A DNA stretch of 61,399 nucleotides, the filler included. It is 5 parts of 5 records of this genome, joined end to end, with 100 filler letters (N's around TTAATTAATTAA, not from the genome) between each part and the next. Parts side by side here need not be neighbours in the genome. Positions count along the whole stretch, not along the records: positions 1 to 27,145 come from SRR2962707_1665; positions 27,246 to 34,575 come from SRR2962707_1670; 3 more parts are not named here. One strand, given 5' to 3'. Below are positions 22,341 to 31,489 of the stretch, one piece after another (the first letter of the stretch is position 1; each line of letters begins with the position of its first letter). Both the position numbers and the translations under genes were made by a program. The notes under the pieces are model-generated. The model was given only the letters and a program-made list of their open reading frames with translations, had not been told where the DNA came from and searched no databases.

Positions 22341-22442
22341 GGACCGCCAGAGCCGCTCCACGACGGCTTTGTCGCGCCATGACCCTCCGCCGTCCAGGCT
22401 AGTGACGATGCAATGTCGCGCAGCAGGCCGGTGAAGGCCGCG

Positions 22443-22805
22443 CTAGGGCCGTGGCCAGCGGGCGATAGTCCTCGCGAAAATGAACGTCAACACAGACGAG
22501 CAGGCGATCGCAAAGAAAACGCCCAGCCGCTCACAGCCAAAGCGCGATGAGACGTCAACTACCACCAAGCCTACGGCAAAAGAAGCGACATATGACAGCA
22601 CCACTAGAAGACGGACGCTGAAGCCCTGGCTTCCCCCAGGGAAAACTTTGCTCGGATAAACCCATGCGACAAAAGCTAGCCCAATAGCCCAAGACGAGGC
22701 GTAGGCAAGGGTCGAGGGAGCAAAAAACAATAAGATTTGGTATATCGCCAGCGTAAGGCCTGTGTTGGCGACTCCCGCTATCAAAAAACGTTTGGCGTCC
22801 GCCAT
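22443..22805 (-). CDS. GtrA-family small membrane protein
   Basis: 120 aa, 4 TMs, RFLIAGVANT start; follows a GtrB-like gene. Confidence 0.8.
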   Translation of the reverse strand: MADAKRFLIAGVANTGLTLAIYQILLFFAPSTLAYASSWAIGLAFVAWVYPSKVFPGGSQGFSVRLLVVLSYVASFAVGLVVVDVSSRFGCERLGVFFAIACSSVLTFIFARTIARWPRP

Positions 22806-22810
22806 AATAC

Positions 22811-23755
22811 CTATTTTAATGGCGCACCTAATGACTTGGCTTCGCTCACGATTGTTAGGGGTCTACGCTTCGTATTTTCAGAAATTCTCCAGATATAACA
22901 GCCAAGAACGCCTTGAACGAGCAAGGTGGCTGAACCAAATAACAATATCAATACTACGATTGTAGTGTATCCATCATACTCAATTTTACCGGTAATTCTA
23001 GAAATAGTAGTTATAATCCCCAGTATTATACTTAGAACGCTTCCTATTGAGCCGACCCACAGAATAATCATAATTGGTAGGTCTGTATATCCAAATATGC
23101 TATCGAGCATGTAACGCAAACGCTTTGTAAAAGTCCACGCGCTTTCCCCTTGCTGCCGGAGCCGGCGCTCGTATTGTACAAATTTTCGTCTGTAGCCTAC
23201 CCAAAAAAGCTGAGCAATCAGAGATCCGTTCGGCTCTTCAATTGACAGAACTGCCTGCGCAACTTGGCGACTGCAGGCGAAAATGTCGACGCCTCCAGAT
23301 GGGATACCCTCAAGAACCAGTCGTCGGTACGCGCCCCAATATGCTGTTGATGCGATTGACGACAATAGGCCGTCATGTCGCTTCGTCCGTTGACCGAAAA
23401 CAACGTCAGCATCTCCGACCTCTAGTATTTTCAACATTTCGGAAATGAGCTCGGGAGGCTCCTGTAAGTCTGCGGCCATAACAGCAATGTGGTCGCCTTG
23501 CGCAGCCTGTAGTCCCGTCCTCACGGCTTGGAACGCTCCGAAATTCCGGCTGTGATATAGCACACGCCATGGTAGAGCGGCGTCGACGCCGGCTGCTTCC
23601 AACATCTCACCTGAGCGATCTGGTGACCCGTCGATGACGAAAATGACCTCGAACGCTCCTGGGAAAATGGCGGCGATGTGGATAACCGCCAACACTAGGT
23701 CAGGGATGTTCGCCTCGTTTCGATAGACGGGGACCACCAAAGACTTCATGTGCAT
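22811..23755 (-). CDS. GtrB/ArnC-like polyprenyl-phosphate glycosyltransferase (GT2)
   Basis: VIDGSPD, SRNFG, MAADLQEPP, two C-terminal TMs, KRRP. Confidence 0.9.
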   Translation of the reverse strand: MHMKSLVVPVYRNEANIPDLVLAVIHIAAIFPGAFEVIFVIDGSPDRSGEMLEAAGVDAALPWRVLYHSRNFGAFQAVRTGLQAAQGDHIAVMAADLQEPPELISEMLKILEVGDADVVFGQRTKRHDGLLSSIASTAYWGAYRRLVLEGIPSGGVDIFACSRQVAQAVLSIEEPNGSLIAQLFWVGYRRKFVQYERRLRQQGESAWTFTKRLRYMLDSIFGYTDLPIMIILWVGSIGSVLSIILGIITTISRITGKIEYDGYTTIVVLILLFGSATLLVQGVLGCYIWRISENTKRRPLTIVSEAKSLGAPLK

Positions 23756-23864
23756 GTGTTGGCCTTTCTTTGCCGGATGTGCTCGTTCGAGCTCTACACT
23801 GGAATTCCGGATAAAGCATAGAATCTCACTTTTAGCCCATGCGGATTTATCGTCAGCGTATCTG

Positions 23865-23940
23865 TGACCTGCCCCCGAAGCTTGGACCGCCCGGCAGGGG
23901 ATTAACAGTGAGTTGCCGGTGGTGGCTTCCAGCCCGTAGG
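23865..23940 (-). mobile_element. Isolated IS3-type terminal fragment
   Basis: TGACCTGCCCCC terminus resembling the other IS3 ends. Confidence 0.4.
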
Positions 23941-23959
23941 ATGCAGCTCAGAAGCAGTG

Positions 23960-24526
23960 ATGACGGAGAATCAGGAATTGCTGGCCAAATCGAGCTCAGA
24001 AGTTGCGCCGCTGCTAGGGCGTAGAATAGTGATGCGCCTCATTGAGGTGGAGGACGCGGCTTTCGTCGCCGATCTTCGTGCCGACGCTAGGCGCAACGAG
24101 CACCTGTCACAGGCCTCGGTAAATGTGGCCGCACAAGCTGCATGGATTAGTAAATACAAGCTCCGCGAGCAGGCCAGCGAAGAGTTCTACTTCGTCATTG
24201 AGGACGAAAAGATACCCGTTGGGCTAGTGCGCATATACGGCATCGAAGGCGGCTCATTCACATGGGGCAGCTGGATCATGAAGGCCGATGCACCGGCACA
24301 TTGTGCAATTGAATCTGCGTTGCAGGTTTATGAGTTCGCCTATGGCGTGCTGGGCCTTACTCACTGCCATTTTGAAGTGAGGAAGGGTAATGAGCGGGTC
24401 TGGGCTTTTCACGAACGCATGGGCGCCACCAGGGTCGGTGAAGATGACCAGCAGTTCTTCTACCATATGCCTCGAGAAGCATATCTCACGGCGCGGAAGC
24501 GCTACGCCAAGTTCCTCCCTTCCTAG
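23960..24526 (+). CDS. GNAT N-acetyltransferase (FdtC-like)
   Basis: FYFVIE..VGLVRIY..FTWGSWI..FEVRKGNERVWAFHERMGA; start uncertain. Confidence 0.8.
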   Translation: MTENQELLAKSSSEVAPLLGRRIVMRLIEVEDAAFVADLRADARRNEHLSQASVNVAAQAAWISKYKLREQASEEFYFVIEDEKIPVGLVRIYGIEGGSFTWGSWIMKADAPAHCAIESALQVYEFAYGVLGLTHCHFEVRKGNERVWAFHERMGATRVGEDDQQFFYHMPREAYLTARKRYAKFLPS

Positions 24527-24708
24527 ATCACGACGGCGCGTCGTCGCTCAAATCTGACGGAGCCGGCCGCTCCGCATCTCCATGACGACGCCCTTCTTGC
24601 TTTAACACCCATGCGCCTACTGCTTCTTCCCAGTTCTGGAAATCCAAACCCACAGCTTCTCATTTGTCGAATAAGATGGGCTCCACCCAATCGGGTAAGA
24701 TGCTCTTT

Positions 24709-25019
24709 CCCTATTTCCGGATGCGCCTCAGGCGGTTCCGGAAATAGGGCCTGTTGGGTAAAATCGACGAGCAAAGCGAGCTTGCGCCCCTGATCCAGCA
24801 TGGATCGAGGGGGCGTCGGTTTTGGCCAGCAGGCAGGCAGGAGATCGTCTTTGATCTCATGCCACGGATGCTCCTTACGGCGACCGAAGAGAGCTTGTCC
24901 CCCTGCCCCATATCATGGGGCGAAGGGGGGGCCGGAAGGAGCATCCGTCGCTTTGAATGGCCATGGGTCGCCAGACCTGCCGCCCTGCTGGCTTTAGCCA
25001 GCGAGGGGTGGCCATGGCC
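24709..25019 (+). other. Array of long inverted repeats / structured non-coding region
   Basis: 13-bp perfect IR 24709-24721/24737-24749; 17/18-bp IR 24864-24881/24931-24948 with nested stem; further stems at 24841-24858 and 24959-25019. Confidence 0.7.
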
Positions 25020-25136
25020 AGGCACGCACTAAAGAGCATCTCGACCTACAAGGCCATCTGACCCCTCTCGACGCTAGCCTTTCCCGATTTTCATGCACTC
25101 CGCTTAGCTTGGCTGGGAAGAACGCGGAGAAGCAAA

Positions 25137-26099
25137 ATGGCACACGACATCAAGCCGATTTTTAGAGAAGCGAGAGACTTCCTGGCCAAGCCTAAAAAGC
25201 CCAACACCTTCGACCGCTATGGGAGGATATGGAACTCGATCAACCATTCCGGACTGGGCATCGTAGATTATGTTGACTATGTCGCGTCCACTACGCCCGG
25301 ACAGTTTGTGCTGACGCGGTCTGCCGCCGTCCACGGATTGTGGAAGCTTATCATACAGAAAATTCTCAATGCCGCTCGGAAGATGACCGCTGGGCGGAAG
25401 CAAGCATCAGCTGACGAGCTGACCGAAGTGGTTGGCGTGCGCATGGTGATCAACATGTTGCGCGATAAGAAGCCGCCCAAGGACGCTTTCACTCGCAAAG
25501 GTCAATCCAAACGTGTGAGCATCGGAAAGCTCCCTGAGGGTTGGCAGAAGCGCCTTGCTGACAATACGATCACGGCCGCGCTTCCAGCGGTTTTGGTGTC
25601 GCTGCTGTCTGGATGTCGCCCCGAGGAGCTAGGCATGGGTGTCACCGTGAGTGTCGTCGATGATCGGCGCCTGAGCATCTTCATTAATGGTGCGAAGACC
25701 ACCGACACCAATGGCCAGCCGTGGCGCAAGCTGAACTATGATATCGAGATGTCCCCTCTTGCAGGTCAGCTTTGGAGAATAGCGTCGCGAAAGGGCGGAG
25801 TCCTGCAGGTCAAGCGTCAGCCACGCACGCTTCACGCGAATATGGCAGCGGCATCGAAGAAAGCTGGTTTACCGCCGATCTGCGCGTACATCGCAAGGCA
25901 CTATTTGGCTTCTCAACTGAAGCATCTCTGGAGCGATGCGAAAGTTGCCATCGCGATGGTGCTCGGTCATGCCAGCACCGCGACGCAAAAGGCCTATGGC
26001 TCATGTTCGGGCACCGCACACGGATCGAGGAGATCGTCGCCACCAGCCAGACCGTCAACCGGCGCGACATTTCCTTCCATGTCGCCGAATATGGCATGA
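25137..26099 (+). CDS. Atypical tyrosine recombinase; C-terminus probably disrupted near 26000
   Basis: SGCRPEEL, GAK, YIARH, LGH, AYG catalytic set; sequence after AYG belongs to another gene remnant. Confidence 0.75.
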   Translation: MAHDIKPIFREARDFLAKPKKPNTFDRYGRIWNSINHSGLGIVDYVDYVASTTPGQFVLTRSAAVHGLWKLIIQKILNAARKMTAGRKQASADELTEVVGVRMVINMLRDKKPPKDAFTRKGQSKRVSIGKLPEGWQKRLADNTITAALPAVLVSLLSGCRPEELGMGVTVSVVDDRRLSIFINGAKTTDTNGQPWRKLNYDIEMSPLAGQLWRIASRKGGVLQVKRQPRTLHANMAAASKKAGLPPICAYIARHYLASQLKHLWSDAKVAIAMVLGHASTATQKAYGSCSGTAHGSRRSSPPARPSTGATFPSMSPNMA

Positions 26100-26714
26100 T
26101 CGTCATGTCCAAGCTCGAGCTGATGAAGCGTGCGGCCGGCGAAACCGACGCCGACTATTTGATCTGGATCGATGCCGGGCATTGCCGGATGATCCCCGAC
26201 CTGGGTGACGGTACGTTGACGGTGACGGCGGCCGATCTCGAAGGGATCAAGTTCGGTCTCTACACCACCTATCACCTGGCCCAGCGTATGCGAATCGGCA
26301 AGTTCCCGCGCCGCATGGTGGGGACCACCCTGGCCATGATGAGCGCGGCAGATTTCATCGTGGCTCGCGACTATGCAGAAGAGCTCTCTGACCGGATGGA
26401 TTTCATGGTCGAGCAGGAATGGTTGCCGGCGGGCCTGTGGGACAATGAGCAGGTCGCTCGGCACCCTGCTGTTCCGTGGCGGCCTGCCCGGCGCACGCGT
26501 GCTGCGCACCCATGTCGGTGGCGGCTCCAATGCCGCCAGCTGGCTGTTTGGCGTGCCGCTCGACGGGCGCAAGGCGCCGCTTTACGTGCGCTGGCTGCTG
26601 TTGCGCGATGAAGTGCGAACCCGGCTTGTTCCGCCAGAGGAGTGCTATCTGCCCGGGGACTTCTCCGAAGCGGCATTCCAGGCTTGGAGGGCGAGCAGGC
26701 GACAAGGCGAGTGA
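26000..26714 (+). pseudogene. HtrL/WlaTC-like glycosyltransferase remnant
   Basis: Y....SK....RAA....DYLIWIDAG and DNEQ motifs; no start; frameshift near 26457. Confidence 0.55.
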
Positions 26715-27118
26715 CCGGTAAGCGGGGCGGCAAGAGAAGGTCGCCGGTCGTGGTCTCAGGCCAGCGCGGAGCCGAGTGCGAAGGTGGTGCAGCCAAGCTG
26801 CGCCTTTTTCGCTGGTCCGACCGGAGTTGCGCTCGGCCGATTAAGGGTCGCGCAAACTCGCAGGTCTGGTTGTGGACTCCACCACCAGCACGCCTTTCCT
26901 GGCTGCTGCGCCAGGATTGAGACAGACGCACTGAGCTTTATACGGCTGCGAGGCGCTGTAGCGCGAGCGATTCCGTGCCGCGTCTCACCGGTCGGCCGTC
27001 CTTCATAAGAGAAGCTGTCCGCAACCACCCGGCTCGAAACGCACGTGCCGTTAGTGTCTCTGTGTTGACTCCGCCGCAGGGCGAAACCAGAGAAAATCGG
27101 TTAACAGCTTGATTTTAT

Positions 27119-27145
27119 TGGCGCACCCGACACGATTCGAACGTG
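27119..27145 (-). tRNA. 3' part of a tRNA, probably Arg(CCG); cut by contig end or an att duplication
   Basis: Minus strand CACG-TTCGAAT-CGTG T-arm then TCGGGTGC-G-CCA; anticodon not visible. Confidence 0.75.
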
Positions 27146-27245
27146 NNNNNNNNNNNNNNNNNNNNNNNNNNNNNNNNNNNNNNNNNNNNTTAATTAATTA
27201 ANNNNNNNNNNNNNNNNNNNNNNNNNNNNNNNNNNNNNNNNNNNN
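27146..27245. other. Artificial contig spacer
   Basis: N run containing TTAATTAATTAA. Confidence 0.99.
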
Positions 27246-27523
27246 GGACGCTCGGCCTGCCGTACGGCGATCAGGGGTTGCTGATCTCCATGGACTATTA
27301 CGATCACCTGGGCGGCTTCAGACCGATCCCGATCATGGAAGACGTCGACATCGTCCGGCGCATCGGGCCGCAGCGCCTGCATCAGCTGCACACCGCCGCC
27401 GTTACATCGGCGAAACGATACCGGCAGGACGGCTGGTGGTTCCGGCCCATCAAAAATCTCATCTGTCTGGGGATGTTCTTTCTCGGCCTACCGGTGGACA
27501 TGATCTGGAAGTTCTACCGGTGA
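27246..27523 (+). CDS. TIGR04283-like GT2 glycosyltransferase, 3' part
   Basis: LPYGDQGL, LGGF..IPIMEDV, TSAKRY; upstream of a DUF2064 gene. Confidence 0.82.
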
Positions 27524-28134
27524 AAGCAAAAGGCGCATGGCGCCCGCGGCTCGTGATCTTTGCCAAGGCGCCCCGGCTGGGCCGGGTCAAAACAAGGCTC
27601 GGCCGCGACATCGGCCACGTCCGGGCGTGGCAGTTCTATCGCCGCATGCTGTTCGCCCTGGCACGAAAGCTGGGCCGCGATCCGCGCTGGGAAACCGTGA
27701 TCGCCTGCGCGCCGGACACCGCGCTTTACGATGATGCGGCCTGGCCGGCGGGCGTGCGCCGGTTGGCACAGGGCCGGGGGGATCTCGGCCAGCGCATGCA
27801 ACGCTGCTTCGATACCCTGCCGCCCGGACCGGTGCTGATCATCGGCGCCGACATCCCCGGCATTTCGTCCGCCGACATCGCCGCAGGGTTTCGCGCCCTC
27901 GGTCCCAGGGGGGCGGTATTCGGCCCCGCCGATGACGGCGGGTACTGGCTGGTCGGGCTCAGGCGCCGGCCGACTGTTCCACGTCTTTTCGCCGGGGTGC
28001 GATGGTCCGGCCCGCACGCGCTGGCGGACACTTTGGCCAATCTCGGTAAAACGCCTTATTCGGCCTTAAAAACGCTTAATGACGTCGACAACGGCGCGGA
28101 TTTTGCCCGGATTTCGGAATTCAGACAGGTTTAA
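27520..28134 (+). CDS. TIGR04282/DUF2064 nucleotidyl/glycosyltransferase-like protein
   Basis: IFAKAP..GRVKTRL, QGRGDLGQRM, IGADIP, GPADDGGYWLVG, DVD. Confidence 0.88.
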   Translation: MKAKGAWRPRLVIFAKAPRLGRVKTRLGRDIGHVRAWQFYRRMLFALARKLGRDPRWETVIACAPDTALYDDAAWPAGVRRLAQGRGDLGQRMQRCFDTLPPGPVLIIGADIPGISSADIAAGFRALGPRGAVFGPADDGGYWLVGLRRRPTVPRLFAGVRWSGPHALADTLANLGKTPYSALKTLNDVDNGADFARISEFRQV

Positions 28135-28914
28135 TCAGGAAAATGCAAAGGCATCCATGGCCAGCACGCCATAGGTATAGCTCTTGTGCAGGTGCCGTCC
28201 CGGCACCCCCGGCGATCCCGCGCCCATGGCCACGAACAACGGCAAAAGATGCTCGTCCGTGGGGTGGTTGCGGACCGCTTCCGGGGCTTGGCGTCGATAG
28301 TCCAACAGCGCCTCGACGCGGCCTTCGGCGATCGCCCAGCCGGCCCATTCATCGAACGCGCGGGCCCAGGATTCCGGTTCGGAATCAATGGCATGGCCCC
28401 TGAATTCCCGCAGGTTATGGGTCAGGTTCCCCGACGCCATGATCAGCACGTTGTCGTCCCTGAGCGGCCTTAACGCCTCGCCCAGCCGGTAATGCCATGC
28501 CGGGTCGCGGGCGGGCTGGATCGACAGCTGCGTGACCGGAATATCGGCGTCCGGCCAACCCAGCATCAGCGGCACCCAGGCCCCATGATCGAGCCCGCGC
28601 TCGTCCATATCAACCGGCCCAAGATCGGCTTCCAGCAACAGCTTCCGGGTTTTTTCAGCAAGCTCGGGCGCCCCCGGGGCGGGATATCTGAGCTGATACA
28701 TCGCTTCCGGAAATCCAAAAAAGTCATGGATCGTTTCCGGCGCTTCGGCACTGCTGAGCTTCGGTGTTTCGCTCTCCCAATGTGCCGAGACGGCAAGGAT
28801 CGCGTCGGGCTTGTCCACGGTTTCGGCAAGCTTCGTCAGGAAGGTCCGGACCGGGCTTTCATCGAGAACAACCGTCGGCGCACCGTGCGATACGAAAAGG
28901 GCTGGGATGGTCAT
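28135..28914 (-). CDS. DODA/LigB-type extradiol dioxygenase
   Basis: FVSHGAP, SAHW, TIHDFFGFP, GLDHGAWVP, HPTDEHLLPL. Confidence 0.92.
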   Translation of the reverse strand: MTIPALFVSHGAPTVVLDESPVRTFLTKLAETVDKPDAILAVSAHWESETPKLSSAEAPETIHDFFGFPEAMYQLRYPAPGAPELAEKTRKLLLEADLGPVDMDERGLDHGAWVPLMLGWPDADIPVTQLSIQPARDPAWHYRLGEALRPLRDDNVLIMASGNLTHNLREFRGHAIDSEPESWARAFDEWAGWAIAEGRVEALLDYRRQAPEAVRNHPTDEHLLPLFVAMGAGSPGVPGRHLHKSYTYGVLAMDAFAFS

Positions 28915-28988
28915 CTACTTGATCCTTCTGCGTTAAAAGCAGGTCGGCAGGCGCATCAACACGCCTGCCGCCTATTCTACAGATCACC

Positions 28989-29447
28989 TCAACGGCTGGT
29001 CACGGCGTCATTGCCGGCAGGCAGCAAAGGCAGCGGGAACTCCCGTTTGGTGAGCGCGAACGCACCGCCGCCCAAAAACCCCTGCACTGCGGACGCGATG
29101 ATCAGAAACAGCGGATATTCCCAGCCGCCGCCCTGGGCACTGAACACCCAGCCGTTGCCGACATGCTCCAGCATCGCGCCGATCAGAAGCGGGATCAGGG
29201 CAAAGGCCACGAGCCGGGTCTGGAAGCCGAGCAACAGTGCGATCCCGCCCAGGGTTTCCGCCGCGAATACGACATAGGCCAGTACCCCCGGATAGCCGAT
29301 GCTTTCAAAATATTGTGCCGTCCCGGCCAGGGTGTAGGTGAAGTATTTCAGGATCAGCCCGTGCGCGATGAACATCACGCCCAGCGACACCCGGAGAAGA
29401 AAAGCGCCGTAGGGCGCGGTCTGCGAATTGATATTGTTGTCCGACAT
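28989..29447 (-). CDS. DoxX-family membrane protein
   Basis: LLRVSLGVMFIAHG..E..GG..GWEYP. Confidence 0.88.
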   Translation of the reverse strand: MSDNNINSQTAPYGAFLLRVSLGVMFIAHGLILKYFTYTLAGTAQYFESIGYPGVLAYVVFAAETLGGIALLLGFQTRLVAFALIPLLIGAMLEHVGNGWVFSAQGGGWEYPLFLIIASAVQGFLGGGAFALTKREFPLPLLPAGNDAVTSR

Positions 29448-29591
29448 AGGTCCGTCCTCATCTTTGATCTGGATGCGCCCGGCACCTCGCCCGACGCGTT
29501 GAGACGGACCTTATGCCTTTCCGTATTGCAATGATATTGGCAAATATTGCAGAATATATTTGCATTTTTGCAAACATCTGTGAGGGGCCTG

Positions 29592-30479
29592 ATGAGCTTT
29601 GCCTGGGATGATCTGCGGGTGTTTCTGGAGATCGCCCGCACCGGTTCGCTGAGCGGCGCGGCGAAGGCGCTCGGCGTCAATCATTCGACCGTATTCCGCC
29701 GCATCAATGCGTTCGAGGACCAGCTTGGCGTACGGTTGTTCGAGCGTCTGCAAAGCGGTTACGTGCTGACCCTGGCGGGCGAGGAAATGCGGGCATCGGC
29801 ACTTCGTGTCGAGCACGAGATTGAACGCGTCGACCTGCGGATCAGCGGGCAGGACCTGAAGCTCGAAGGCTCACTTGTCGTCACCACCACGGACACGTTG
29901 GCGGAGAACCTGCTGGGGCAGCATCTGGCGGCATTCAACCGGGCGTATCCCGGCATCCGCCTCGAACTCGTGCTCGACAACCAGCACGTCAATCTGTCGA
30001 AACGCCAAGCCGACGTCGCGGTGCGTCCGACCACCAGCCCGCCGGAAACGCTGGTCGGCCGCCGCCTGTGCGGTCTCGCCTTCGCGCCCTATGCGGCGAA
30101 ATCCTACGCGAAGAAACATGCCGGTGACCTCGCCGCCATGGACTGGCTTTCGGTCGACGAGAGCCTCGCCCATCTGGCCGCCGACAAATGGTTTCGCAGG
30201 CAATTCCCCGATGCCCGGATTGCGCTCCGCTCGAACAGCCTGCTCGGTTTGCTGCATACCTGCGAAGCGGGCATGGGGGTTGCGCTGCTGGCCTGCTTCA
30301 TGGCCGACCGGCGAAAAAATCTTGTCCGCCTCGGCGCGCCCATCGAAGACGCCGCAAGTGCCTTGTGGCTGCTGACCCATGAAGACCTGCGCCATACCGG
30401 GCGGGTACGGGCCTTCATGGATTTCATGGCCAATGCCCTCACCGCCGAGATCGACCTTATCGAGGGGCGGGCCGTTTAA
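29592..30479 (+). CDS. LysR-family regulator
   Basis: WDDLRVFL..GSLSGAAKALGVNHSTVFRRI; divergent from DoxX. Confidence 0.93.
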   Translation: MSFAWDDLRVFLEIARTGSLSGAAKALGVNHSTVFRRINAFEDQLGVRLFERLQSGYVLTLAGEEMRASALRVEHEIERVDLRISGQDLKLEGSLVVTTTDTLAENLLGQHLAAFNRAYPGIRLELVLDNQHVNLSKRQADVAVRPTTSPPETLVGRRLCGLAFAPYAAKSYAKKHAGDLAAMDWLSVDESLAHLAADKWFRRQFPDARIALRSNSLLGLLHTCEAGMGVALLACFMADRRKNLVRLGAPIEDAASALWLLTHEDLRHTGRVRAFMDFMANALTAEIDLIEGRAV

Positions 30480-30539
30480 GGTTCAGGACAAACGGTTGAT
30501 ACTGTAGGCTTGCTTTTGAATCCCGAGACAGGAGACCGC

Positions 30540-31442
30540 ATGACCACGCCACCCGGCATTGCCTATATCAACGGCGACTTCACCCCAATGGCCGAGGCAA
30601 AAATCTCGGTCCTCGACTGGGGGTTTCTGCGCTCCGATGCCACCTATGACGTGGTACATGTCTGGCAGAACCGCTTCTTTCGTCTCGACAAACATATCGA
30701 GCGGTTTTTGACCTCGATCGCGCGGATGCATATGACGCTGCCGGTCAGCCGGTCCGAACTGGAAGGCATCCTTGCCGAATGCGTCCGCCGTGCCGGTCAT
30801 CAGGACGCCTACGTCGAGATGATCCTGACCCGGGGCGTATCGCCGACATTTTCCCGCGATCCCCGCGATGCGGTGAACAACCTGATCTGCTTCGCCATTC
30901 CGTTCGGCTGGATCGTGAGGCCGGAGAACCGCGACACCGGGATGAACGTGGCGATCTCCGACATCACCCGGATTCCACCCACCGCCGTCGATCCGCGCGT
31001 GAAGAACTATCACTGGCTGGATTTCGTGATGGCGCTTTATGGTGCCTATGAGCGGGATGCGGAAAACGTGATTCTGCTGGATGCCGGCGGCAACGTTACC
31101 GAAGGTCCCGGTTTCAACATCTTCGTGGTCAAGGACGGCCGGGTCCGGACACCGGACAGCGGCGTGCTCGAAGGGATCACCCGCCAGACGACCATCGAGC
31201 TTGCACGCGAACTGCAGATCCCCGTTGAAGCCTGCCCCCTTTCGGGCGATGCGCTTCGTGATGCGGACGAAGTGTTTGCGACATCAACCGCCGGTGGCCT
31301 GATGGCGGTGACGACCATTGATGGAATCGCCATCGGGGACGGCCGGGCCGGACCATTGACCCGGCGGCTGACCGATCTCTACTGGGCCAGTCACACCGAC
31401 CCCGCCTGGTCGACGGCGGTCAGCGAGATCCCCTTCGGCTGA
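30540..31442 (+). CDS. PLP fold-type IV aminotransferase
   Basis: DWGFLRSDATYDV, VKNYHW (catalytic Lys), EGPGFN, LEGITR, STAGG. Confidence 0.92.
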   Translation: MTTPPGIAYINGDFTPMAEAKISVLDWGFLRSDATYDVVHVWQNRFFRLDKHIERFLTSIARMHMTLPVSRSELEGILAECVRRAGHQDAYVEMILTRGVSPTFSRDPRDAVNNLICFAIPFGWIVRPENRDTGMNVAISDITRIPPTAVDPRVKNYHWLDFVMALYGAYERDAENVILLDAGGNVTEGPGFNIFVVKDGRVRTPDSGVLEGITRQTTIELARELQIPVEACPLSGDALRDADEVFATSTAGGLMAVTTIDGIAIGDGRAGPLTRRLTDLYWASHTDPAWSTAVSEIPFG

Positions 31443-31450
31443 AGTCCTGC

Positions 31451-31488
31451 ACCCGGCGCTTCGCACCACCCTCTCCCCAGGGAGAGGG
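31451..31488. repeat. REP-like palindrome
   Basis: ACCCGGCGCTTCGCACCA then CCCTCTCCC-CA-GGGAGAGGG between convergent genes. Confidence 0.6.
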
Positions 31489-31489
31489 A

